This document shows, one piece after another, positions 46,664 to 57,770 of a DNA stretch of 64,000 nt. Origin of the DNA: Amphiscolops sp. MND2022 (lineage: Eukaryota). The translations under genes were made by a program, and so were the position numbers. Below the pieces are notes generated by a model, which was not told the origin of the DNA, did not search any database, and saw nothing but the letters and a program-made list of their open reading frames with translations. The stretch's first letter is position 1. Each line of letters starts with the position of its first letter. The stretch spans positions 16,556,001 to 16,620,000 of the forward strand of contig OZ076409.1 in NCBI GenBank assembly GCA_964187785.1, read 5' to 3'.

Positions 46664-49600
46664 AAGCTTTGATCCCTGAAGTCTGAGCCCTAGCCCCTTC
46701 AGTGGAACAGTTGACACCTCAAATAGTTTAAAAGCCACTGCGCCAGCTGTGATTTCTCTAGATCCCTGAAGTCGAGCCCTAGCCCCTGAGGTGGATCGAA
46801 AAATCAAAGCTGAGGGAGAAACTGGCTGTATCCCTGAAGTCGAGCCCTAGCCCCTTCAGTGCGATCGTTGGTGGAGACCCCCGCTTTTTGCAACTTTTTT
46901 TTTACCCGCTTTTTTCATAAAACCTCAAAATGCCTCCTAAAAACTTCCTAGAAACAGCCTCTAGCAAAAAGAAATTTGAATCTTATAAACAAGGATCGAG
47001 AAGAAACTCAACATCAAATCTAACATCAAATATACCCAACCCTGAAGGTAAATATATCGGACCAGCTGAACGAAATCGTCTTTTGAAAGAAAAGGAAGAA
47101 GAAGAACAGAGAAAACTGAAGATTGACAAAATGATTGAAGATACAAGAGAAGAATTTCCACCGTTAGAAGGTTCCAGCAAACCACAATCACCACAGCCTA
47201 AAAGCCAACAACAGCATGAAATACAAAACGAACAACGCCCAAAACAACAGCAGCCTCAACCTCAGCCCGACATTAGTAACAGTCAAAACAGCTACAGTAA
47301 TGTTGTCTGTAATCAAAAAAACGTAGTCGTTAACAAAATCTTCCGATTGAAAATTGTACCTCCTTTTCGCAAAGAACATTTCGAAAACAAAAATGCCCTC
47401 GAAACTGAGATAGCAAAAGCTTATGCTGAAATCCTAAAACCATTCAAACCTCAAGTGCGAATGTACATTACAATTTCGAGAACTTTTGAAGAAAAATGGG
47501 GAAAACGACTTCACATTTTACATGTAACTGCCCCTGAAGAAGCGGAAGAAGACATCGAAAACATTAAAACTAAAGGTTTACAAATAATGGGCAGAACAGT
47601 ATTTCCAACTGGAGACGATTTTTACCAAGTTCGTAATAGTCAATTTCCCCGGAAAGTGTGGGTAAAGATTAACAATTTGCCGTTTCTTTGCAGCGATGAA
47701 GTTTTACTCAGTCTACTAGACCTCCCAGAAGGAGTTGAGATTAGTGAAAATGTAACAAGAGAAACGATACAAACTGAAAATGGCACCATCCACAACGGAA
47801 AGGCAAAACTGTCAGTTGTGGTCCCAGACAATGAAAAACTCAAAGAACTCAAACAGTGGTCTTTGGAGAAAAGTCACATTTGCGTCACAAAATGGTTCGA
47901 AATTCCGATTTATATGTCGACCCCAAGCCTGCACAAATGTGACGCTTGTGAAAAAGAAAATCGGAAATCGTACATTGGCCACGACATAGCGTGGTGCAGG
48001 GTTTTAAGGAAACCTGAAAAAACTGAGGAAGCTCCCGAAAGCTGCCAAGAAGAATCAGCGGACGAGTCACAAGCTGAACAAGAAAACGAAGTATGGGCTG
48101 ACGCACCAACAAAATCCTTTCCAAACACAAACAAAAAGAACAAGAAAAGATCGAAGTCGAAATCCAAAGAGACCACCAGCCCTGGATTGATGCAGCAGAA
48201 TAAATTTCAGCTTCTTTCTACATCCAGTGACCAACCTGAAGCAGTTCTAAGCGCAACGTCAACAATACAAATCCAGCCACCAAATCCAAAGAACCCGCAG
48301 CACCCGGAAACGCCCTGTGAAGCACCCCTAGAAAGAAGCGACCATGGATGAAGAAATAGAAATTTTTTCAATTAATGCTAGAGGGTTAGCCTCAAATAAA
48401 TCAAAATTAATTGAGATTTGCAACATTGTTAAGAAAAATAAAAAACATGAAACATTTTATGTACTGATACAAGAGACTAAGCTGGAAAAAATGAAACCGG
48501 AACTTCTTAAAATAATTCAATATAACAATTTGTCTTTTCAAATAGTTCCCTCAGAAAATAAAAGTGGAGGTCTAATGATACTTTATGATAAAAACACCGA
48601 AATAGAATTACTTGACAAGAACCAATGTTCCCTAACAATTCGAGACAAAAAATCGGATTCAATAATTATAAATACTTATGTGAATCCAAAACAGTACAAT
48701 TTTCAGCCTCTCAAAGATACTATTGAAACACTAGAACTAACATGTGATCAAACTATTTATATGGGAGGTGATTTCAATGCCATCGATCCTTCAGATATCA
48801 ATGAAGAAAACAAAACGTTCAATATGACTGTAAAATCAAATGATATTCGACTATTGCGATCCAAAAAACTAATACATTTGAACTCAAGTCTCCTTTTGAT
48901 AGATCTTGCGCAACTCTTACAGAATCGCCAACCAACGCATTTTGAAACACGGTCTGGAAAACAAAGCCGCATCGATTATATTTTTAGTAATAACCAAAAT
49001 CTCACCATCGAAAAAAACAGGATCGAAACATTGCCCTTTGCTTTTTCCGACCACAAATGCCTCCACCTTTTTCGAAATAGCAACTATCAGTATTCTCAAA
49101 AACTTTGGAAGCTCGATAACATTGTATTTAACTATCCGGAGAAAGTGAAGGAAATACTAGAAACATCTAAAGTCGCATCCGAAAAATTTGGGAACATTGT
49201 GTCTTGTCATGATATCTTTAAAGCGAAATTAAGAGATCAACTAAAATACCTTAGTGCTGCAAGCAGAAAGATGCTAGTGAAACAAAAAGAAAAAATTCAG
49301 ATGGATATTGAAAAACTTGAAGAAAATGGTTCTAAAGGAAATTGTTCTGACCAACAGCTCAAACAGAACTTAGAGCACCTGACATGCCTCAAAAATAATC
49401 TTCAATTGATCAAAAATGAAGAATCTGAAAATTCATTTCAACAAATCAAAAACTTCTTCAGGGAAGCCAATGATGGAAACACAAAAAATATCAAATGCTT
49501 AGCAAAAGCCTCAAGCTTAGCTAAGGATATCAAAAAGATTGAAAAACAAGATGGATCATTCACAGAAGATCCTGACGAAATTTTAAATGAATTCAAATCT

Positions 49601-50724
49601 TTTTATGAGAAACTTAGCCAACCAAAATGGAAACCAACAGAAACATCCTCGAAATCTCAGGATAAATTCATTGAAAAGTTTTTTAAACAAAAAAGGAAAA
49701 GCATTGAAAACATTGAAAAATTGTTCAAAGAAACGTTGGAGGACCCCGACAACGAAATCACAGTATATGAAGTTGAAAAAGCTATCTCTAAACTGAACTC
49801 AAACAGTGCTCCTGGATCGGATGGACTTACAAGTCAATTATACCAAAACCACAAAAACTTTTTTGCCCCGTATCTTTCAAATCTATTTAATAAAATCAAT
49901 GAAAATGGAGAAGTTCCGGACTCATTTAAACATGCAATCATCAAAGTAATTCCTAAGAAGAATAATTCACTGAAGGTATCCGAATTTCGGCCAATTAGTC
50001 TCATTAATACGGATCAAAAAATTCTTTCTCATGTTCTAGCAGAAAGACTTAAACCTATTTTATCAATATTAATTGGTAATCATCAAAACGCTCATTTACC
50101 AAATAGAAATATACACATTGCCATACAAAAAATTCAGCATTACGCCCATGAAACTACTCGTAGTCAATCACTTATCGCTATTGACTTCAGTAAAGCTTTC
50201 GACTGTGTAGAGCGTAGCTTTTTACAAAAACTGATTGAAAAAAGTCCAATCGATAAATTTACTCAAGAAATGATTTTACTTACGTACAAGGATACTTATG
50301 CTTTCATTGGAATGAAAAATGGAATTTCCACAAAATTCAAAATAGATAGAGGGGTGAGACAAGGCTGTCCTCTCTCAGCATTGATTTTCAATCTTTGCCT
50401 CGAACCTCTTCTACAAAGACTTCAAAAATCAAAATACATAAAATCAAAACAACAAACAAAATGTATCGCCTACGCAGATGATATAACGATCAGCCTCTAC
50501 AACAAATCTCTTCGGAAGCTATTGATAATATTGGATCATTTTCACGAAATAGCAGGCTTAGAAGTTAATTTAGCCAAAACTGAAATCCTTTCGAAAGCGG
50601 ACAAATTATTTGTATCGGAAAAACTAACAAGAGTTACCACAACAAAAATTCTTGGAGTTTACATTTCGCTGAATAAAACTCTCAAAAAAGAAACCAAGAA
50701 CGCGATAACGAATGCTTTTAACTC
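46664..50724 (+). mobile_element. Family B copy B2, 5'-complete and 3'-truncated
   Basis: Same 5' junction as B1 (target 46648-46663); element stops inside ORF2 at ...TTTTAACTC|AGCCTAATT (50725). Confidence 0.93.
46930..48351 (+). CDS. ORF1 of B2, 473 aa, intact
   Basis: Uninterrupted ORF; CDACEKENRKSYIGHDIAWC motif. Confidence 0.92.
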   Translation: MPPKNFLETASSKKKFESYKQGSRRNSTSNLTSNIPNPEGKYIGPAERNRLLKEKEEEEQRKLKIDKMIEDTREEFPPLEGSSKPQSPQPKSQQQHEIQNEQRPKQQQPQPQPDISNSQNSYSNVVCNQKNVVVNKIFRLKIVPPFRKEHFENKNALETEIAKAYAEILKPFKPQVRMYITISRTFEEKWGKRLHILHVTAPEEAEEDIENIKTKGLQIMGRTVFPTGDDFYQVRNSQFPRKVWVKINNLPFLCSDEVLLSLLDLPEGVEISENVTRETIQTENGTIHNGKAKLSVVVPDNEKLKELKQWSLEKSHICVTKWFEIPIYMSTPSLHKCDACEKENRKSYIGHDIAWCRVLRKPEKTEEAPESCQEESADESQAEQENEVWADAPTKSFPNTNKKNKKRSKSKSKETTSPGLMQQNKFQLLSTSSDQPEAVLSATSTIQIQPPNPKNPQHPETPCEAPLERSDHG

Positions 50725-50731
50725 AGCCTAA
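48344..50731 (+). pseudogene. ORF2 of B2, C-terminally truncated (795 aa; APE and RT retained)
   Basis: Near-identical to B1 ORF2 up to AFNSA; stop codon supplied by SL target sequence. Confidence 0.9.
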
Positions 50732-50833
50732 TTGTTGTGATAAACTTATTAAATAGGTAAGTATTCCAACCCTATTGATAAGTTTTATTTGAAAGCAGAC
50801 TGCGAAAGTGGTCTGCTGCCCAATTTTTCGAAC
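50725..50833 (+). ncRNA. SL RNA sequence regenerated downstream of element B2
   Basis: Complete SL sequence begins at the 3' junction. Confidence 0.75.
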
Positions 50834-50952
50834 AAGGAACAAGCTAGTCTGCACTAACTTAAAAGTTACGCGTATTTTGACCGAGAAAATTTTCGTATCA
50901 TTGTACGTAATTTTGTTGTTAAGCATATAAAGCTATTGATTTTACAATGATC

Positions 50953-51071
50953 GGCTACGACCATACCATGTTGAATGCACCGGTTCTCGTCCGATCACCG
51001 AAGTTAAACAACATAGGGCCTGGTTAGTACTTGGATGGGAGACCGCTTGGGAACACCAGGTGTTGTAGCCT
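50953..51071 (+). rRNA. 5S rRNA
   Basis: As 876-994. Confidence 0.98.
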
Positions 51072-51857
51072 TTTTTGTCAGAAATGTGGTTTAACTTCGG
51101 TGACAGTTTTGCAAAAGGGGTCAAATTGAAAAGATAGCAAAAAACGGACAACGCCATTAGAAAGAGCGTCCAAAAAAACCCCCATGCTGAAATTTTCGCC
51201 GCCATCACTTGAATTTTCATTGAGTTATGTCATTTTTACTATTTTCACAAAATGTGGTTTAACTTCGGTGACAGTTTTGCAAAAGGGGTCAAAATGAACA
51301 GATAGCAAAAAACGGACAACGGCATTGGAAAGAGGGCCCAAAATTACCCCTAAAACGTGTTTTTCACACTCCTGAGTCGACTTTTGATAATACATGGAAT
51401 TTCATTTTTAAGCTTACTAATTTATGCTTTTCAGCATACATTTTCGTAATAGAGTCAAAATTTTGCTTTCTCACAATTTTTCTGGAATATTTTTGTTTCA
51501 TCAGATGTCAATAACTTGAAACGTCGTCTTTTCATGAGAATTTCTCCTCAAAACAAGTTGTTGGCTGGTAATGGTAAGTCCGTACCGCAGATAGGAGTCT
51601 CGCGCTCCAAAAATTGACTCTTTGCTTTTAGCCTAATTGTTGTGATAAACTTATTAAATAGGTAAGTATTCCAACCCTATTGATAAGTTTTATTTGAAAG
51701 CAGACTGCGAAAGTGGTCTGCTGCCCAATTTTTCGAACAAGGAACAAGCTAGTCTGCACTAACTTAAAAGTTACGCGTATTTTGACCGAGAAAATTTTCG
51801 TATCATTGTACGTAATTTTGTTGTTAAGCATATAAAGCTATTGATTTTACAATGATC

Positions 51858-51976
51858 GGCTACGACCATACCATGTTGAATGCACCGGTTCTCGTCCGAT
51901 CACCGAAGTTAAACAACATAGGGCCTGGTTAGTACTTGGATGGGAGACCGCTTGGGAACACCAGGTGTTGTAGCCT
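51858..51976 (+). rRNA. 5S rRNA
   Basis: As 876-994. Confidence 0.98.
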
Positions 51977-52762
51977 TTTTTGTCAGAAATGTGGTTTAAC
52001 TTCGGTGACAGTTTTGCAAAAGGGGTCAAATTGAAAAGATAGCAAAAAACGGACAACGCCATTAGAAAGAGCGTCCAAAAAAACCCCCATGCTGAAATTT
52101 TCGCCGCCATCACTTGAATTTTCATTGAGTTATGTCATTTTTACTATTTTCACAAAATGTGGTTTAACTTCGGTGACAGTTTTGCAAAAGGGGTCAAAAT
52201 GAACAGATAGCAAAAAACGGACAACGGCATTGGAAAGAGGGCCCAAAATTACCCCTAAAACGTGTTTTTCACACTCCTGAGTCGACTTTTGATAATACAT
52301 GGAATTTCATTTTTAAGCTTACTAATTTATGCTTTTCAGCATACATTTTCGTAATAGAGTCAAAATTTTGCTTTCTCACAATTTTTCTGGAATATTTTTG
52401 TTTCATCAGATGTCAATAACTTGAAACGTCGTCTTTTCATGAGAATTTCTCCTCAAAACAAGTTGTTGGCTGGTAATGGTAAGTCCGTACCGCAGATAGG
52501 AGTCTCGCGCTCCAAAAATTGACTCTTTGCTTTTAGCCTAATTGTTGTGATAAACTTATTAAATAGGTAAGTATTCCAACCCTATTGATAAGTTTTATTT
52601 GAAAGCAGACTGCGAAAGTGGTCTGCTGCCCAATTTTTTGAACAAGGAACAAGCTAGTCTGCACTAACTTAAAAGTTACGCGTATTTTGACCGAGAAAAT
52701 TTTCGTATCATTGTACGTAATTTTGTTGTTAAGCATATAAAGCTATTGATTTTACAATGATC

Positions 52763-52881
52763 GGCTACGACCATACCATGTTGAATGCACCGGTTCTCGT
52801 CCGATCACCGAAGTTAAACAACATAGGGCCTGGTTAGTACTTGGATGGGAGACCGCTTGGGAACACCAGGTGTTGTAGCCT
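52763..52881 (+). rRNA. 5S rRNA
   Basis: As 876-994. Confidence 0.98.
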
Positions 52882-53667
52882 TTTTTGTCAGAAATGTGGT
52901 TTAACTTCGGTGACAGTTTTGCAAAAGGGGTCAAATTGAAAAGATAGCAAAAAACGGACAACGCCATTAGAAAGAGCGTCCAAAAAAACCCCCATGCTGA
53001 AATTTTCGCCGCCATCACTTGAATTTTCATTGAGTTATGTCATTTTTACTATTTTCACAAAATGTGGTTTAACTTCGGTGACAGTTTTGCAAAAGGGGTC
53101 AAAATGAACAGATAGCAAAAAACGGACAACGGCATTGGAAAGAAGGCCCAAAATTACCCCTAAAACGTGTTTTTCACACTCCTGAGTAGACTTTTGATAA
53201 TACATGGAATTTCATTTTTAAGCTTACTAATTTATGCTTTTCAGCATACATTTTCGTAATAGAGTCAAAATTTTGCTTTCTCACAATTTTTCTGGAATAT
53301 TTTTGTTTCATCAGATGTCAATAACTTGAAACGTCGTCTTTTCATGAGAATTTCTCCTCAAAACAAGTTGTTGGCTGGTAATGGTAAGTCCGTACCGCAG
53401 ATAGGAGTCTCGCGCTCCAAAAATTGACTCTTTGCTTTTAGCCTAATTGTTGTGATAAACTTATTAAATAGGTAAGTATTCCAACCCTATTGATAAGTTT
53501 TATTTGAAAGCAGACTGCGAAAGTGGTCTGCTGCCCAATTTTTTGAACAAGGAACAAGCTAGTCTGCACTAACTTAAAAGTTACGCGTATTTTGACCGAG
53601 AAAATTTTCGTATCATTGTACGTAATTTTGTTGTTAAGCATATAAAGCTATTGATTTTACAATGATC

Positions 53668-53786
53668 GGCTACGACCATACCATGTTGAATGCACCGGTT
53701 CTCGTCCGATCACCGAAGTTAAACAACATAGGGCCTGGTTAGTACTTGGATGGGAGACCGCTTGGGAACACCAGGTGTTGTAGCCT
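53668..53786 (+). rRNA. 5S rRNA
   Basis: As 876-994. Confidence 0.98.
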
Positions 53787-54571
53787 TTTTTGTCAGAAAT
53801 GTGGTTTAACTTCGGTGACAGTTTTGCAAAAGGGGTCAAATTGAAAAGATAGCAAAAACGGACAACGCCATTAGAAAGAGCGTCCAAAAAAACCCCCATG
53901 CTGAAATTTTCGCCGCCATCACTTGAATTTTCATTGAGTTATGTCATTTTTACTATTTTCACAAAATGTGGTTTAACTTCGGTGACAGTTTTGCAAAAGG
54001 GGTCAAAATGAACAGATAGCAAAAAACGGACAACGGCATTGGAAAGAGGGCCCAAAATTACCCCTAAAACGTGTTTTTCACACTCCTGAGTCGACTTTTG
54101 ATAATACATGGAATTTCATTTTTAAGCTTACTAATTTATGCTTTTCAGCATACATTTTCGTAATAGAGTCAAAATTTTGCTTTCTCACAATTTTTCTGGA
54201 ATATTTTTGTTTCATCAGATGTCAATAACTTGAAACGTCGTCTTTTCATGAGAATTTCTCCTCAAAACAAGTTGTTGGCTGGTAATGGTAAGTCCGTACC
54301 GCAGATAGGAGTCTCGCGCTCCAAAAATTGACTCTTTGCTTTTAGCCTAATTGTTGTGATAAACTTATTAAATAGGTAAGTATTCCAACCCTATTGATAA
54401 GTTTTATTTGAAAGCAGACTGCGAAAGTGGTCTGCTGCCCAATTTTTCGAACAAGGAACAAGCTAGTCTGCACTAACTTAAAAGTTACGCGTATTTTGAC
54501 CGAGAAAATTTTCGTATCATTGTACGTAATTTTGTTGTTAAGCATATAAAGCTATTGATTTTACAATGATC

Positions 54572-54690
54572 GGCTACGACCATACCATGTTGAATGCACC
54601 GGTTCTCGTCCGATCACCGAAGTTAAACAACATAGGGCCTGGTTAGTACTTGGATGGGAGACCGCTTGGGAACACCAGGTGTTGTAGCCT
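54572..54690 (+). rRNA. 5S rRNA
   Basis: As 876-994. Confidence 0.98.
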
Positions 54691-55476
54691 TTTTTGTCAG
54701 AAATGTGGTTTAACTTCGGTGACAGTTTTGCAAAAGGGGTCAAATTGAAAAGATAGCAAAAAACGGACAACGCCATTAGAAAGAGCGTCCAAAAAAACCC
54801 CCATGCTGAAATTTTCGCCGCCATCACTTGAATTTTCATTGAGTTATGTCATTTTTACTATTTTCACAAAATGTGGTTTAACTTCGGTGACAGTTTTGCA
54901 AAAGGGGTCAAAATGAACAGATAGCAAAAAACGGACAACGGCATTGGAAAGAGGGCCCAAAATTACCCCTAAAACGTGTTTTTCACACTCCTGAGTCGAC
55001 TTTTGATAATACATGGAATTTCATTTTTAAGCTTACTAATTTATGCTTTTCAGCATACATTTTCGTAATAGAGTCAAAATTTTGCTTTCTCACAATTTTT
55101 CTGGAATATTTTTGTTTCATCAGATGTCAATAACTTGAAACGTCGTCTTTTCATGAGAATTTCTCCTCAAAACAAGTTGTTGGCTGGTAATGGTAAGTCC
55201 GTACCGCAGATAGGAGTCTCGCGCTCCAAAAATTGACTCTTTGCTTTTAGCCTAATTGTTGTGATAAACTTATTAAATAGGTAAGTATTCCAACCCTATT
55301 GATAAGTTTTATTTGAAAGCAGACTGCGAAAGTGGTCTGCTGCCCAATTTTTTGAACAAGGAACAAGCTAGTCTGCACTAACTTAAAAGTTACGCGTATT
55401 TTGACCGAGAAAATTTTCGTATCATTGTACGTAATTTTGTTGTTAAGCATATAAAGCTATTGATTTTACAATGATC

Positions 55477-55595
55477 GGCTACGACCATACCATGTTGAAT
55501 GCACCGGTTCTCGTCCGATCACCGAAGTTAAACAACATAGGGCCTGGTTAGTACTTGGATGGGAGACCGCTTGGGAACACCAGGTGTTGTAGCCT
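55477..55595 (+). rRNA. 5S rRNA
   Basis: As 876-994. Confidence 0.98.
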
Positions 55596-56576
55596 TTTTT
55601 GTCAGAAATGTGGTTTAACTTCGGTGACAGTTTTGCAAAAGGGGTCAAATTGAAAAGATAGCAAAAAACGGACAACGCCATTAGAAAGAGCGTCCAAAAA
55701 AACCCCCATGCTGAAATTTTCGCCGCCATCACTTGAATTTTCATTGAGTTATGTCATTTTTACTATTTTCACAAAATGTGGTTTAACTTCGGTGACAGTT
55801 TTGCAAAAGGGGTCAAAATGAACAGATAGCAAAAAACGGACAACGGCATTGGAAAGAGGGCCCAAAATTACCCCTAAAACGTGTTTTTCACACTCCTGAG
55901 TCGACTTTTGATAATACATGGAATTTCATTTTTAAGCTTACTAATTTATGCTTTTCAGCATACATTTTCGTAATAGAGTCAAAATTTTGCTTTCTCACAA
56001 TTTTTCTGGAATATTTTTGTTTCATCAGATGTCAATAACTTGAAACGTCGTCTTTTCATGAGAATTTCTCCTCAAAACAAGTTTTTGGCTGGTAATGGTA
56101 AGTCCGTACCGCAGATAGGAGTCTCGCGCTCCAAAAATTGACTCTTTGCTTTTAGCCTAATTGTTGTGATAAACTTATTAAAAAGTCCTTTTAATAAGTT
56201 TGCTTGTACATCATTCGGTTAAGCAACCCATAGCTCTGTGCTATCATTCAAACTACCATTTTACAAACCCGTCGTGAAGCACCTAAGAAGCCATTCTTTC
56301 CTACGGGGGTCGCTGGCTAAGGTTTGATCTGCGTGGATTTTTTTCCAACCGGCTCGTGTGTGGTCGCGTTAGTAGATCAAGCTGAGAAACGGAGACTGGT
56401 GCTTCCCAGCGTATTCGTGAGGTTGCGCTGAAGCTTTCTTGGCGGTCGGCTGGCAGGAGCCCTCAATAAACTGCCAGTTGTCCCAGCAGAGCTCTTCACA
56501 GCTGGCAGTGATAGATGCTCTGTTTCCCCCTAAAAACAAAACAACTCTTTCCCTTTTATTTCAACTGAACTGAAGA

Positions 56577-57770
56577 ATGGATTACGCAGCAGCAGCAAAA
56601 TCAAGCGAAACAACAGAAGACTACCTCCCCCCACTTCTGTTTGTACTTCCAATCACTAAAGAAGATTTCAACACTCCGAACGGAATTACTGACATCTTCG
56701 TTAAACTCTGTACGACACTCTTAGCAAAACTACCATGTGAGGCTAGAACGAAAACGGTCATCCAACGAGTCTCATACGGATTCAAGAAATTGAAGGCAGT
56801 CAAAGTAAACTTGCCAACTTCATGTCAAAACGTACAAAACGAAATGCTCGGCATGGGGCTAGAATGTGGGAACAAAACGGTATGGCCGGTGCGAGACGAC
56901 CGAACCTACAGATTCTACCCGTGCAATGTCAGCATCAAGATTCAAAATGCCCTGCCCAATCTGACTAACGAAGAAATCAAGAACGAACTGAAACTACCCG
57001 AAGGCATTACTGCGAACGACGACTTGAACTTCAAAACAGTCAGCATTGGGCCGTACATGAAAGTCTTTGATGGAACAGCGACAATCTCTGCCACTGTTCA
57101 ATCTGCCGAGCAAATGGAAGAAATGAAAAACTGGTCGCGCAAATCTTTCTTTGAAGAAAAACAAGTTAGAAATCAAGTGACTCAGATGTATGCTCCTAAC
57201 ATCATGACATGTACTTTCTGTGAAAAGAAAGGCTCCTTCTACAGAGGTCATGATGACACTTGGTGCACAAAGAAAACGAAAGAAGAACGCGAACTGGAAA
57301 AAAAAGCGAAGGCGATCGAAGACGAAGGCGACGTCTTCACAGCCGACGAACAAAGTGTACACAACGAACAAATCGCAAAAATCAGAAACGACAGCTGTGC
57401 ATCAACATCAAGCAGAAATAATAAAAGACGACGCAGCACACCAAAGCGCGCCAACTCGGAAAAAAACCCACGACTCAGTGCGAGACAGCGAACCAGCCAA
57501 ATACCAAAGATGAAAGCAAAAGCTCAAAATGAGAACAAACCCGAACAGAAAGAAAGTACAAGTCAAACTGCAAACAACAACAGTGATAACAATGACGAGA
57601 ATGAAGAACAAGATACCACAAGCACGAAGAACGCAGATACCGAAAACAGATTGCCAAAACCGCTGAACATGAGAGATTTTGTGGATGCAATGAATCCAAT
57701 CCATCACATAGAAACAAATGAAACAACAAACAACAACGTCAACGAAACAAACAATACGAAGACGAAATGA
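56577..57770 (+). CDS. ORF1 of A2, 397 aa
   Basis: Intact ORF; CTFCEKKGSFYRGHDDTWC motif; basic/low-complexity C-terminus. Confidence 0.92.
   Translation: MDYAAAAKSSETTEDYLPPLLFVLPITKEDFNTPNGITDIFVKLCTTLLAKLPCEARTKTVIQRVSYGFKKLKAVKVNLPTSCQNVQNEMLGMGLECGNKTVWPVRDDRTYRFYPCNVSIKIQNALPNLTNEEIKNELKLPEGITANDDLNFKTVSIGPYMKVFDGTATISATVQSAEQMEEMKNWSRKSFFEEKQVRNQVTQMYAPNIMTCTFCEKKGSFYRGHDDTWCTKKTKEERELEKKAKAIEDEGDVFTADEQSVHNEQIAKIRNDSCASTSSRNNKRRRSTPKRANSEKNPRLSARQRTSQIPKMKAKAQNENKPEQKESTSQTANNNSDNNDENEEQDTTSTKNADTENRLPKPLNMRDFVDAMNPIHHIETNETTNNNVNETNNTKTK

Noticed and set aside
56265..56325. HDV-like ribozyme in the A 5'UTR (GGCTAAGG resembling J4/2)
   Set aside because: No convincing P1/P3/L3 nested pseudoknot found; needs a descriptor search
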